Positions 10,482 to 20,036 of a stretch of 64,000 bases of DNA are shown one piece after another. Position 1 is the first letter of the stretch. Every line of letters begins with the position of its first letter. Location of the stretch: positions 47,262-111,261 of the IMG/VR virus record IMGVR_UViG_3300031649_000001. One strand, 5' to 3'. The translations under genes were made by a program, and so were the position numbers. Origin of the DNA: a virus. The notes beneath the pieces are model-generated. The model did not search any database. It saw nothing but the letters and a program-made list of their open reading frames with translations, and had not been told where the DNA came from.

Positions 10482-10934
10482 ATGATTCACAACCGGCTCA
10501 AGCATGCCGCCGTCACCGCCGTCGCCGCCCTGGCGCTGGCCGCCTTCGCCACCGCCTGCGAGGACACCACCGCCGACACCGGCTCGTCCTCCAGCTCCGA
10601 GGCCAAGAAGGACACCGAGACCAAGGCACCGTCCAAGTCCGTCGCCGACCAGTTCGCCGCGTACGTCGCCAAGAGCGGCACCGCGAACGAGAAGGCCGCC
10701 GCCAAGCACGTCGTCAAGATCCAGGGCGGCGACGACAACAACGACATCGCCGACACGGCCGACATCCACACGGACCTCAAGGGCGACCTGATGGACCAGG
10801 GCGTCACCGGCTCCGCCAAGCTGCTCTCCTCCGCCTTCGCCGACTTCCAGGAGAGCCGGGGCAAGGACAGCAAGAACGGCCTGGTCACGGTCTACAACGC
10901 GTCCGGCGACATCATCGGGAACGGACAGTACTGA
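10482..10934 (+). CDS. Secreted lipoprotein
   Basis: Basic N-terminus, hydrophobic helix, lipobox-like ATA|C. Confidence 0.75.
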   Translation: MIHNRLKHAAVTAVAALALAAFATACEDTTADTGSSSSSEAKKDTETKAPSKSVADQFAAYVAKSGTANEKAAAKHVVKIQGGDDNNDIADTADIHTDLKGDLMDQGVTGSAKLLSSAFADFQESRGKDSKNGLVTVYNASGDIIGNGQY

Positions 10935-10936
10935 CC

Positions 10937-11515
10937 ATGACGACACCGCCCGCAGCCTTCCCGCCGCCGCCCCCGATACCCCCGCACCAGCCCCAGGCTC
11001 AGCCGTCGCGTCGGCGCGTGCTGGTGGCCGTGGCCCTCGCCGGGGTGGTGCTGGTCGCGGCGACCGCCGGGATCACCACGGCCATCGTGTCCGGCTCCGA
11101 AGACCCGAAGCCGGGCGAGCCCCGCCCCGCCGCCACCGCCTCCACGGCTGCCGAACCGCTGCTCACGGAGGAGCCGGAGGAGGAGCCCCAGGCGGCGTAC
11201 AACACGGAGCCCGACGCGAGCGACTTCACGCTGACGCTGAAGAAGAAGCGCCAGCAGTGCTTCGGGTCGGCCGGGTGCAACGTGACCGTGGAGCCCGACC
11301 TCTCGTACACGGCCGTGCTGCCGCTGGACCCCGAGGTCGCCTACTCCATCACCTATGAGATCAAGGGCGGCGACGACGGCCCGGTGATCGAGACGCTGGA
11401 GCTCACCGACGGCGACCAGCTCTCCTACTCGGAGGTCAGTGTGAGCACCCCGGGCAGCGGCACCAAGCTGACTGCGGAGGTGACGGACGTCGAGAGCGAC
11501 GGGTCCGCGTACTGA
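10937..11515 (+). CDS. Single-pass membrane protein
   Basis: Pro-rich N-terminus, TM helix, QCFGSAGCNVT extracellular domain. Confidence 0.75.
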   Translation: MTTPPAAFPPPPPIPPHQPQAQPSRRRVLVAVALAGVVLVAATAGITTAIVSGSEDPKPGEPRPAATASTAAEPLLTEEPEEEPQAAYNTEPDASDFTLTLKKKRQQCFGSAGCNVTVEPDLSYTAVLPLDPEVAYSITYEIKGGDDGPVIETLELTDGDQLSYSEVSVSTPGSGTKLTAEVTDVESDGSAY

Positions 11516-11526
11516 TCCACGCTGAT

Positions 11527-11556
11527 GAGGGCCGCCCGCTGCCGGGGCGGCCCTCT
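11527..11556 (+). terminator. Hairpin terminator
   Basis: GAGGGCCGCCC-gctgccg-GGGCGGCCCTC then TT. Confidence 0.55.
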
Positions 11557-11570
11557 TCGCGTCGACAGGG

Positions 11571-11660
11571 TGAGACATGAGGTTTGCGCGCACAGGACTG
11601 TGATGCTAACGTCGTGTCTCACGACACCGGGGGCGCCGCCCCCACCACGACCAGCCGAGG
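11571..11660 (+). promoter_or_regulatory. Dyad promoter cassette plus 5' stem-loop
   Basis: TGAGACAT..TTGCGC-17-TAACGT.GTGTCTCA then GGGGGCgccGCCCCC-ACCAC and GAGGAG RBS. Confidence 0.85.
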
Positions 11661-11668
11661 AGCCCGCC

Positions 11669-12910
11669 ATGGCCGCCAAGACCACCGCCACCGTCGAGAC
11701 CACCATCACCACCCTGACCGGCGAGGCCTTCGCGACCGTCGGCTGGTCCACCAGCCGCACCAAGGTAGACGAGGTCCGCGAGTACAAGTGGACCGCCCCC
11801 CACGCCCTCAAGGTGTGGCGCTTCGCCCGCATGGACGACCAGTGGTTCGGCTTCTGCTGGAAGTGCGACGGCGCCGGGAACATCGGCTACGGCCCCGACA
11901 ACGGCGTCTGCTGGGAGTGCTCCGGCCACGGCCTCCGCGACTACTGGACGGTCGGCGAGGAGTTCGACACCAAGCTCCGCAACATCGAGCGCTCCGTGAA
12001 GGCCGAGTCCACCAAGCAGGCCAAGGCTATCGCCGCCCGCCACGCCGAGATCGCCGAGTGGCGCGCCGCCAACCCCGAGCTGATCACCTGGGCCGAGGCC
12101 AAGACCCCCACCGGCACCGAGCCCCACGAGGTCCTGACCGGAGAGACCCAGGACGTGTACGACGGCTACACCCCCAACGTCCAGTACGCCATCCGCTGCG
12201 TCCGCTACGGCACCGCCCTGGACCGCAAGCTCACCGGCCTGCTCCGCAAGGTGATCGCCGACGAGGCCAACGCCCCGGCCGTCAAGCCCAGCCGCCACGC
12301 CGGTGCGGAGGGCGACCGCCCGACCATCACCGGCAAGGTCGTCATGTGGCGCAACAACGAGGAGGACGGCTACCTCACCGTCAAGGTGGAGGGCGAGGGC
12401 GCCGACACCGGCATCACCTTCTTCACCAACACCAGTTCCGCCTCCGCCTACGAGCTGGAGGAGGGCGACCTGGTGATGGTCAAGGCGACCATTAAGCGCA
12501 ACGAGGTGTACCGGGTGACCGGCCAGAAGTCGGACCGCGTCGGCCGCGCCGTCTTCACCAAGGTCGACGAGATCCCCGCCCCCGCCGCGCCGGTCGCCAC
12601 GGTCGCTGAGACGGCCCCGCAGGCGCCGGTTGAGACCCCGGCCCCGGCCGCCCCCGCCAGCGAGCCCACGACCCCGCAGAGCGACGCCACGCCCGTCCGC
12701 AAGACCGGCCGCCGCGCAGCCCAGGGCGCGTCCTCCGTGGACGGCTGGGAGCTGCTCTACGACAAGCCCAAGGCGGGCGCCGAGGTGGTCCGCAAGGACG
12801 GCCGCTACGCCCTCGCCTGCAAGACCCACCGCACCCTCCACCACCTGGACCGCCTCTCCGACGAGGGCAAGGTCCGCAAGGCGGGCGGCTGGTGCACCGA
12901 GTGCCACTGA
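11669..12910 (+). CDS. WELLYDK-family protein 1 (CxxCxGxG zinc finger, OB-fold-like region, conserved C-terminal module)
   Basis: CWKCDGAG/CWECSGHG; C-terminus GWELLYDKPKAGAEV...ACKTH...WCTECH. Confidence 0.85.
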   Translation: MAAKTTATVETTITTLTGEAFATVGWSTSRTKVDEVREYKWTAPHALKVWRFARMDDQWFGFCWKCDGAGNIGYGPDNGVCWECSGHGLRDYWTVGEEFDTKLRNIERSVKAESTKQAKAIAARHAEIAEWRAANPELITWAEAKTPTGTEPHEVLTGETQDVYDGYTPNVQYAIRCVRYGTALDRKLTGLLRKVIADEANAPAVKPSRHAGAEGDRPTITGKVVMWRNNEEDGYLTVKVEGEGADTGITFFTNTSSASAYELEEGDLVMVKATIKRNEVYRVTGQKSDRVGRAVFTKVDEIPAPAAPVATVAETAPQAPVETPAPAAPASEPTTPQSDATPVRKTGRRAAQGASSVDGWELLYDKPKAGAEVVRKDGRYALACKTHRTLHHLDRLSDEGKVRKAGGWCTECH

Positions 12911-12966
12911 CCGCCCCGCCCCCCGGCCGCCCGGCCGGGGGGCCGATCCACGCAGATAGAGAGCGC

Positions 12967-13446
12967 ATGTTCACCAAGGAGTGGTACGCCGACCCCGCCG
13001 ACCTGATGCGCGGCTGGGTGACGCTGACCGAGCACACCCAGTGGTCCCCGACCCGGGGCTGGGAGATCACCGGCTACACCGTCCACGCCACCCACTGGAG
13101 CCTGCCCGAGGGCGAGCCCGGGTTCCTCCCCCACAGCACCGGCCAGCCCATCGCCGAGTGGGCCGACGCGCTGGCCGCGTACGTGGACCGGCTGTCGGAG
13201 CTGGACGCCGCCAACCGGCAGAAGCCCGCGCCGCTCCCGCCGCAGGTGCAGACCCTGACCGGGCTGGCCGACATCCGGTGGGTGCGCCTGTCGGAACTCA
13301 AGGACGGCGACCACATCAAGGACTCCCACGGCTGGCAGGTGATCCAGGACGTGGAGCACGCCGACGGCCGTACCCGCTGGAGCCTGGTCGGCGACGACCA
13401 CCGCGCCGTGTGGCCTTCCAGCCAGGCCATCCAGCGCACCACCTGA
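12967..13446 (+). CDS. Hypothetical protein
   Basis: Preceded by ATCCACGCAGATAGAGAG; GC3 bias. Confidence 0.7.
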   Translation: MFTKEWYADPADLMRGWVTLTEHTQWSPTRGWEITGYTVHATHWSLPEGEPGFLPHSTGQPIAEWADALAAYVDRLSELDAANRQKPAPLPPQVQTLTGLADIRWVRLSELKDGDHIKDSHGWQVIQDVEHADGRTRWSLVGDDHRAVWPSSQAIQRTT

Positions 13447-13478
13447 TCCACGCAGACAGAGAGAGGACCAAGCCAGCC

Positions 13479-13724
13479 ATGATCCTGCGCCAGTACCGCC
13501 TGACCCTGACCCACTACCGCGACAGCAAGGTGATCGGGGAGCCGGTCATCGTGCCCGCCCCCCACCACGCCGGTGACCTCCTGGTCCACGACGGCGACGT
13601 GTGGGAGGTGATCCGCTGCGAGACCCAGCTCCCCGACCCGCGCGAGACGGCCGAGGAGGCCCGCGAGCCCATCGAGGTGAACGTCGTGGTCGGCGAGGTC
13701 GCGGACCACCTGACCGACCGCTGA
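13479..13724 (+). CDS. Hypothetical protein
   Basis: Preceded by TGATCCACGCAGACAGAGAGAGG. Confidence 0.7.
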   Translation: MILRQYRLTLTHYRDSKVIGEPVIVPAPHHAGDLLVHDGDVWEVIRCETQLPDPRETAEEAREPIEVNVVVGEVADHLTDR

Positions 13725-13755
13725 TCCACGCAGACCGAGAAAGAGGACGCACCGC

Positions 13756-14367
13756 ATGACGCACACCTGGGGCCCGGACCACATCATCCACGTGGACCTG
13801 GAAGATGACCGCGACCGCGCCAGCGACGACTACAGCCGGTACGGCTCCTACGTCGGCGCCCGCGAACTCAGCTTCCAAGACACCTGGGCCAAGCCCGAGC
13901 TGAAGCCCGCTGAGCCCATCGCGTTCGCGGCGACCGCCTGGACGGTGGCCTGCCCGCCCATCATGTCGCCCGGCCTGGTGGACTGGCGCCCCGACATCCA
14001 CAAGATCGAGATCGGCTACGACGAAGACGGCCACGACCTGATGGCCACCGTGGAACTCCCCCTTGAGCACCACCAGTTGGCCGCCAAGATCCCCTACCAG
14101 TACCAGGACTGGGCCCGGCACAACCACTGGCGCGGCGACGACTACGTCTACCTGATGCACGGCGGCGTCCGCAGGGGCAAGCCCACCGTCACCGCCCTGG
14201 TCACCGTCCAGCACATCCTCACCTCGGTCACGCTGGTCACCCCGCCCGCCCACCCCACCGGCCGCGCCCTGGTGGACGCGGCCCTCCAGTCCGTGGAACT
14301 GACGGCCGCCGCCCTCAACGCGGAGCTTCCGGAGATCATCAACCGGGTGCAGGGGCGGGACCGATGA
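13756..14367 (+). CDS. Hypothetical protein
   Basis: Preceded by TGATCCACGCAGACCGAGAAAGAGG. Confidence 0.75.
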   Translation: MTHTWGPDHIIHVDLEDDRDRASDDYSRYGSYVGARELSFQDTWAKPELKPAEPIAFAATAWTVACPPIMSPGLVDWRPDIHKIEIGYDEDGHDLMATVELPLEHHQLAAKIPYQYQDWARHNHWRGDDYVYLMHGGVRRGKPTVTALVTVQHILTSVTLVTPPAHPTGRALVDAALQSVELTAAALNAELPEIINRVQGRDR

Positions 14368-14912
14368 GCCGCGCCCGCCGGTACCCGGTCGGCGGCGACC
14401 CCGGCCCCATCCCCGCAGATAAGCCGGTGCCGACCAAGAACCAGATCCTGGTCATCGTGGACTCGGCCCGCGACCCCATGACCCGGCCCGCCATCCTGCT
14501 GGCGGCAGCCCGCCTGTTCGACGTGCAGCCGCCCGGCCAGCGCGCAGAAGAGGCCACCCGGTGGGCCCGCCGGGTGATGAACTACCCGGCCGCCGAACGC
14601 CTCCTGGACCGGATGGAGATCGACGAGCTGATCACCGGCTCGGAGGCGTGGGAGTGGGCCCAGGTGGGCCACCCCATCGGCGGCGCCCAGGCGCGGACCA
14701 CATACTTCTTCACCGCCCGCCAGGCCCTCGCGCTCCGGGGGCGTAACGAACACCACCGGGACGACGTCCTATGGGGGCAGGCGGAGCGCGCCGCCGACTC
14801 GCTGATGAGGAAGCTCCACAGCGGCGAGTGGGAGCGCGCCAGGGACACGGCGTACGCCGCCCTCCTGAAAGGGCTGCCCGCTCCATACACAGACGCACAG
14901 GAGCCCTCATGA
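14364..14912 (+). CDS. Hypothetical protein
   Basis: ATGA coupling, GC3 bias. Confidence 0.7.
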   Translation: MSRARRYPVGGDPGPIPADKPVPTKNQILVIVDSARDPMTRPAILLAAARLFDVQPPGQRAEEATRWARRVMNYPAAERLLDRMEIDELITGSEAWEWAQVGHPIGGAQARTTYFFTARQALALRGRNEHHRDDVLWGQAERAADSLMRKLHSGEWERARDTAYAALLKGLPAPYTDAQEPS

Positions 14913-15400
14913 CCGAGCCCGCCACCCCGCCGGAGTTCCGGCGGCCCGAGCGCCTGACCCAGGTCCCCGAGTACCTGATCAAGCAGGCCGTCACCAACAT
15001 CACCGCCCTGGTCGACCACGACACGGAGAAGTGCGACGAGGTAGTACGCCGGGTGCTGGCGGCGCTGCTTCTGGCCGCGCCGGACATGCCCGACGCGCTG
15101 ACCTACCGCTACCCCGACGGCTACGCCACGGACGAACCGATGCACACGGCGGCGGTCCACGTCTGCAAGTGGGGGATGCTCCGCCGCAACGGCGACGTGG
15201 TCATGTGCGCCCTGGACGAGCCCTACGAGGACGGCGACCCCGGCCCCGGCCACGACACCCCCGGCGAGCACGGCTGGCGCGACGCCGACGCCGACGACGA
15301 CCACACGCCGTTCCGCGAGAGCGACCCGCGCGCCTTCCACGCGCCCACCTGGGAGGGCGCCGTCCGCCCGCCCGTAGAGATCTCCACCCACCACCTGTAG
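14909..15400 (+). CDS. Hypothetical protein
   Basis: ATGA coupling, AGGAG RBS. Confidence 0.65.
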   Translation: MTEPATPPEFRRPERLTQVPEYLIKQAVTNITALVDHDTEKCDEVVRRVLAALLLAAPDMPDALTYRYPDGYATDEPMHTAAVHVCKWGMLRRNGDVVMCALDEPYEDGDPGPGHDTPGEHGWRDADADDDHTPFRESDPRAFHAPTWEGAVRPPVEISTHHL

Positions 15401-15411
15401 GGAGCCACCGC

Positions 15412-15936
15412 ATGCCCGAGCCCGCCCGGCCCGCCTGCCCGACCGGCGGCGAGCACCCGCCGCCGCCCCACCTGACCGCCACGTTCCCGCCGGTGGCCGA
15501 CCGGCCCAACCTGGGCAAGGTGCTGACCGCCGCCTGGCACGACTGCAAGCCGTGCATGGACCGGCACCGGGGCCTCGCCGTGGAGCACCCCGAACTCATC
15601 GAGGCCCTGTTCGGGATCTGGCTGATGTGGATGGCGATCACCGCCGACGCCCTGGAGCGGCCGACCGTGGAGACGGCCGCCGAGCTGGCGGACAGCTTCC
15701 TGCCGCCCGGCTCGCCCCAGCCCACCGATGACACCCGCGCCATCCTCATCTCCACCACCCTGAAGGTGACGCCCGGCCCTCTGGGCAAGCCGGTCAACAC
15801 CTGGGGCCACGCCGAGGTCACCAGCCTGATCGGCGCCATGTTCCACGACGGGCGCTCGCTGGTCTGGACCGACTCGCTGTCCTTCCTCACGGGCGTCCTG
15901 CGGGGCGAGGCCCGTGCCATCGCCGAGAGCAACTAG
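15412..15936 (+). CDS. Hypothetical protein (CxxC)
   Basis: GGAG RBS, operon position. Confidence 0.65.
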   Translation: MPEPARPACPTGGEHPPPPHLTATFPPVADRPNLGKVLTAAWHDCKPCMDRHRGLAVEHPELIEALFGIWLMWMAITADALERPTVETAAELADSFLPPGSPQPTDDTRAILISTTLKVTPGPLGKPVNTWGHAEVTSLIGAMFHDGRSLVWTDSLSFLTGVLRGEARAIAESN

Positions 15937-15945
15937 GAGCAGAGC

Positions 15946-16479
15946 ATGACCATCTACGCCACTCACCGGCACAGCACCAACACCAAGACCACCGGCCCGC
16001 TGGAGGCGTTCCCGTCCGTGGAGCGGGCCAGCGTCGCGCTCCAGCTCCGCGCCCGCAAGCAGGAGTCCGGCACCTACTACCTGGACGAAGACACCGACGT
16101 CACGCCCCGGCCCCCGGTGCAGTTCCCGGAGGCCGACCTGACCGGCTACCTGCTGGTCTGGCGGCGCAAGGGCGGCGAGGCCCGGCCCGAGCCCGGCGAG
16201 GAGCCGGAGGAGCGGTGGCGCCTGACGGCGGGGGGCGCCGTCATCAAGGAGCCGTACGCCGACCGCGACCCGGCCTACGAGCTGCCCCAGCTCACCCCGA
16301 AGGAGCGCCGCACCAAGGCGCTCCACGCCCTTCGCGAGGTACCCCCGCTCACCGATGAGTTCCGCGCCGGACTGGACCCCATGTGGAAGCGGGTGCTGCG
16401 GGACCTGGTCCAGGACACCGAGGCCGAGGACGCCATCCTCCGCGTGATGCAGACCGCATGGAAGACCGACCAGAAGTGA
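15946..16479 (+). CDS. Hypothetical protein
   Basis: AGGAG RBS. Confidence 0.7.
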   Translation: MTIYATHRHSTNTKTTGPLEAFPSVERASVALQLRARKQESGTYYLDEDTDVTPRPPVQFPEADLTGYLLVWRRKGGEARPEPGEEPEERWRLTAGGAVIKEPYADRDPAYELPQLTPKERRTKALHALREVPPLTDEFRAGLDPMWKRVLRDLVQDTEAEDAILRVMQTAWKTDQK

Positions 16480-17318
16480 GCGAGCCCGAGCTGAAGCTGC
16501 TGGTGGTGGACTGGGACTTCTTCTTCCCCAACCCGGCCTGGTCGGCGGACCCGACGGAGGAGTCCCTGCTGTACCTGTGGGACCACAAGGAGGCCCCGTT
16601 CTACCTGGGCCCGGTGGTCTGGGGGGCGCGGGCGTCGTCGTTCATCCGCAACGGGATGGAGCTGCCCCAGGTGGCGGGCTGGGAGGGGTTCTGGAACCGC
16701 TTCAAGTTCAACGAGGACGGCGTCTCGGTGATCTACGGGGACAGCAACCTGCACGCCGGTCGCATCCTGCCCTCCTCGCTCGGCATGGATGAGGAGTACG
16801 GGGTCAACCACTGGCACACGGTGTCGCTGTGGGACGCCCACCACGACGCGGGCTACAAGTCCACCGGCTCCTACGAGGAGTGGGACGCGACGGGCAAGGT
16901 GTCGTGCGAGGACTGGATGCTGGTCCACCACGGCCACGGCTCCCGCCTCCAGGTGACCTACCCGGCCTGGCGCCGCAAGGTGGGCCACGTGGAGCCCGAG
17001 CCGCTGGTCCCCGTGGAACGGCGGGTGGACGACGGCACCGACCCCGACGACTGGTACGACGCGGTGTACGTGTGCCGCTCCGGCGCGTGGGTGCCGCCGT
17101 GGTGCGACGACCAGTTCACCGAGTTCCTGGCCCAGGGCCCGGACTCGTACCCGACCCTGATGGACCCGGAGACCTGGGTCCATCCCCGGCCCGACGGCCT
17201 GGACCTGGCCGACAAGGAGGTGTCCGCCCGCGAGCTGATGGACCAGATCGCGGCGGGCGGCGGCGCCATCAACGCGGAGGCGCTGGAGCGCTGGCGCGCC
17301 GGACGGGAGGCGTCGTGA
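16476..17318 (+). CDS. UPF0489/arginase-fold-like metal-dependent hydrolase
   Basis: VVDWDFF, WDAHHDAGY, VYVCRSGAWVPPWCD motifs. Confidence 0.55.
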   Translation: MSEPELKLLVVDWDFFFPNPAWSADPTEESLLYLWDHKEAPFYLGPVVWGARASSFIRNGMELPQVAGWEGFWNRFKFNEDGVSVIYGDSNLHAGRILPSSLGMDEEYGVNHWHTVSLWDAHHDAGYKSTGSYEEWDATGKVSCEDWMLVHHGHGSRLQVTYPAWRRKVGHVEPEPLVPVERRVDDGTDPDDWYDAVYVCRSGAWVPPWCDDQFTEFLAQGPDSYPTLMDPETWVHPRPDGLDLADKEVSARELMDQIAAGGGAINAEALERWRAGREAS

Positions 17319-17614
17319 AGAGGCGCGCCGTCTTCATCTACGGATGCTGCGCTCTCATGTGGGCACAGCTAATGGGCCCGGATTCCCCCTACTGGAGCAT
17401 CACCGTCACTGGGCTCCAGGTGATTTGGGTCGGAGCAGGCGCCTACCAGTTCGTCCAGGGAATGAAGGCAAATCGAGCGGAGCTGGAGAGCCAGCGCAAT
17501 CGAGAGATCCGCAGTCAGCGGATCCGGGAGCTGGAGAAGGAACTGGGCTACGAGCCGCTGGAGTTGGCGGTCGACGATGCTCCGGAGATCTGGCCGAAGG
17601 GCGGTCGCGAGTGA
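17315..17614 (+). CDS. Small two-TM membrane protein with coiled coil (lower GC)
   Basis: GTGA coupling; two hydrophobic stretches. Confidence 0.55.
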   Translation: MKRRAVFIYGCCALMWAQLMGPDSPYWSITVTGLQVIWVGAGAYQFVQGMKANRAELESQRNREIRSQRIRELEKELGYEPLELAVDDAPEIWPKGGRE

Positions 17615-17796
17615 GCGCGCCGGAGCACAGGCACAAGTGGGCCACGCTGGCGTCGTGGCCGTCGGGCCCGGACGGCGAGACCGACCGGCTGGTGCAGTGC
17701 ACCGTGCCCGACTGCGGGGAGGTCGTCACCCGCGCCCACGACGAGGACGACGACGGCCTGATCGAGATCAAGAGGAGGGCGGCCGATGGGGGCTGA
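17611..17796 (+). CDS. Small hypothetical protein (HxH, CxxxxC)
   Basis: GTGA coupling. Confidence 0.5.
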   Translation: MSAPEHRHKWATLASWPSGPDGETDRLVQCTVPDCGEVVTRAHDEDDDGLIEIKRRAADGG

Positions 17797-18127
17797 CGAC
17801 CTGGCCGTGAACGCGGACGGCCAACACCCGGAGTACGGGCACCTGATGCTCGTGTTCTTCGACACCACCGGCCGGATGCAGTGGCAGGAGAAGCCCAGCC
17901 GCTGTTCCAGTCCGGAGGCCCACGTCGGCGAGATCACCGTGAAGGCGGTGTTCGTGGAGGACGTGGACCGGCCGGACGCGCCGCCGGGCTCATCCGCGTG
18001 GATGGTCCACGCCGGTGCACCGGATGCAGAGACGGCGCAGAAGACGGCGCGAACAGTCGCGAAGGCACTCGGTGCCGACCTGAACCCCGTACTGTCAACT
18101 GTCGTGGAAGGCAGGGGAGTTAAGTGA
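17786..18127 (+). CDS. Hypothetical protein
   Basis: GGAGG RBS. Confidence 0.6.
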   Translation: MGADDLAVNADGQHPEYGHLMLVFFDTTGRMQWQEKPSRCSSPEAHVGEITVKAVFVEDVDRPDAPPGSSAWMVHAGAPDAETAQKTARTVAKALGADLNPVLSTVVEGRGVK

Positions 18128-18423
18128 CTGCGGAGGACCCTTACCCCGCGTGGAGAGCGACGCTGGCCGCCGTACTGGAGCACTGGGACGGCGTCCAGGC
18201 GATCGAGGAGGGGTGGACCGTGGAGTACGACGCCGGGGACGGCGCGTACCGGGCCACCTTCACGCTCCGGCCGAACGTCTTCCCCGGCACCAAGAGGCGC
18301 CGCTACAGCTTCACCGAGGCGGAGTTCTGTCAGTACGTGCTGGGGGTGGCCGACCTGGCGCCGGAGAAGGCTGGCCCGGCGGCGCTCCGGCTGGCTGAGG
18401 AGTCGCGGGAAGAGGCGCCGTGA
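18124..18423 (+). CDS. Hypothetical protein
   Basis: Operon position, GGAG RBS. Confidence 0.6.
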   Translation: MTAEDPYPAWRATLAAVLEHWDGVQAIEEGWTVEYDAGDGAYRATFTLRPNVFPGTKRRRYSFTEAEFCQYVLGVADLAPEKAGPAALRLAEESREEAP

Positions 18424-18662
18424 ACGGCCAGCGCATGGTGCCGGAGATGACCGGCGAGGAGTGGACGGCGTGGATCGGGGCTCCGGACGGCTCTGTGCCG
18501 TGCCCGGCGGGCGGCTGCGGCCTGGTGTCGGCGGCGCGCTGGGACGGCGTGAACGAGACGCTGGAGTGGCCGGGGTGCGGGCACCGGGCGTTCTTCCCGG
18601 AGGTCCCGCCGGTGTGGCCCCCGCCGGAGTCCCACCGTTCAACTGCCGGGGAGGGTCAGTGA
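18420..18662 (+). CDS. Small zinc-ribbon protein
   Basis: CPAGGCG...CGH; coupled. Confidence 0.55.
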   Translation: MNGQRMVPEMTGEEWTAWIGAPDGSVPCPAGGCGLVSAARWDGVNETLEWPGCGHRAFFPEVPPVWPPPESHRSTAGEGQ

Positions 18663-19009
18663 GTTGGGCGAGCGAGGCCGTAGAGGCTATCCGCGCGGAT
18701 GAGCCGGGCCTGAAGCTGTACGTGGAGTGGCGGGCGCGTTCGCTGACGGCGGCGATCACGATGCTGGCCGTGCCGGAGGACCGGCGCGGCCAGGGCGTGG
18801 CCCGGCGGGCGGTGGAGACGCTGGTGGTCGCGGCCGACCTGGCCGGAGCGCAGTTGGCGGTGACGCCGACGGACGAGTTCGGGGCGGACCTGGCGCGGCT
18901 GCGCCGGTTCTACGAGGGCTTCGGGTTCGTGCGGAACACCGGGGCGGCGCGGGACTGGGACCACAAGGAGGACTACATCCGGCCGCGCTGGGGGGTCGAG
19001 TCGGCTTGA
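18659..19009 (+). CDS. GNAT-family acetyltransferase
   Basis: LAVPEDRRGQGVA acetyl-CoA loop; LRRFYEGFGF. Confidence 0.8.
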   Translation: MSWASEAVEAIRADEPGLKLYVEWRARSLTAAITMLAVPEDRRGQGVARRAVETLVVAADLAGAQLAVTPTDEFGADLARLRRFYEGFGFVRNTGAARDWDHKEDYIRPRWGVESA

Positions 19010-19102
19010 GGGGGCAACGGCGTCGGGATGCCATGATCCGCCATATCAAAGCCGGTCAAATGGGGCTCGATATAGGCCAGACTTAGGGGTCCTGACCTGG
19101 GG

Positions 19103-19131
19103 ACGGAGGAAACGTATTAAGTTTCCTCCGT
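19103..19131. other. Candidate tyrosine-recombinase core site (lox/dif-like) or operator/terminator
   Basis: Perfect 11-bp inverted repeat ACGGAGGAAAC / GTTTCCTCCGT around asymmetric 7-bp spacer GTATTAA. Confidence 0.5.
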
Positions 19132-19173
19132 GATTTCCCGACAGCTCCCCGCGACGAATGCAAGGAATGCGAC

Positions 19174-19662
19174 ATGAGTGACGAAAGTCCCCTCTATCTG
19201 GTGTCCAGGGTGACCATGGTCAAGGGCGGCGGTGGCGTGTTCATACCTCACGAAGGAGAACACGCCCTGGACGTGCGCCTGATGGCCGCCACCGATGCGC
19301 TCGACGCCGAGTACGGCGACACGTTCGCCGTCTGGAGGGTGACGGATTCCGTCACCGCCGACCAGGCACAGAGCCTCATCCGGGCGAACACTCCCGAGTC
19401 GCTGGCGACCGTCGTCCGCGACGGCGCCCTGCTGGAACTCGGCCAGCCCCCCTTCAAGTCCCAGTACGCCCTCCACGCCAAGAAGCCTCTCGACCCGGCC
19501 AAGTTCACCCAGATCCGCTGCGGACAGGGTGGCTGTACGGCGGCGCAGGCGGTGTCGCGCGCCATGGAGCCGGAGCGCGTGCAGGCCGCGATGGAGGAAG
19601 GCGGCTGGAGCCTGGTCCAGGGGAAGGGCTGGTTCTGCCCGGCGCACGGCGGCGGCGCCTGA
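19174..19662 (+). CDS. Hypothetical protein (C-terminal CxxxGC...WFCPAH)
   Basis: AAGGA RBS. Confidence 0.65.
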   Translation: MSDESPLYLVSRVTMVKGGGGVFIPHEGEHALDVRLMAATDALDAEYGDTFAVWRVTDSVTADQAQSLIRANTPESLATVVRDGALLELGQPPFKSQYALHAKKPLDPAKFTQIRCGQGGCTAAQAVSRAMEPERVQAAMEEGGWSLVQGKGWFCPAHGGGA

Positions 19663-20036
19663 TGGCGGTTTCCTCCGAGTTCCCTGAGAGCGATTCTGAG
19701 AGCGACGCCGATTTCGCCGACCTGAAGGCGTACCTCTCCCCGGCCCCGCCCGGCGGCCCATCCGCGTGGATGGAGTCGGCCCGGCGACTGGACGCGCGCG
19801 CCGTCGCGGCAGGGCAGATGAGCCCCGGCGAATTCATTGATGCATGGGCATGCGACCCGGCCGAAATTCATCCGTACGGCGACAGCCACTACTCCGTCGG
19901 CTCCCTCTACGGTGGTGAAATCGGTACCCGTTCCGAATACGGGCGTTACAAGTCTGGACCAAGCGCACCGAATGCAGAGCCAATCCGCGTGGATCAGAAA
20001 AAGGGGGTACGGGGAAGTGCCCAACACCATTGCTGA
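19662..20036 (+). CDS. Hypothetical acidic protein
   Basis: TGATG coupling; lower-GC 3' half. Confidence 0.45.
   Translation: MAVSSEFPESDSESDADFADLKAYLSPAPPGGPSAWMESARRLDARAVAAGQMSPGEFIDAWACDPAEIHPYGDSHYSVGSLYGGEIGTRSEYGRYKSGPSAPNAEPIRVDQKKGVRGSAQHHC

Noticed and set aside
11525-11668. ORF-track upstream extensions of cassette genes (also 59334, 60199, 60770, 61843, 47554)
   Set aside because: They run through the promoter without an RBS; downstream ATGs have strong RBSs. Only the 58802 case has its own promoter and RBS
19837-20036. Longer recombinase N-terminus, or fusion to 19662-20036 via AAAAAGGGGG
   Set aside because: Would need a 200-bp overlap or a non-canonical +1 shift; GTG at 20017 gives a typical domain start
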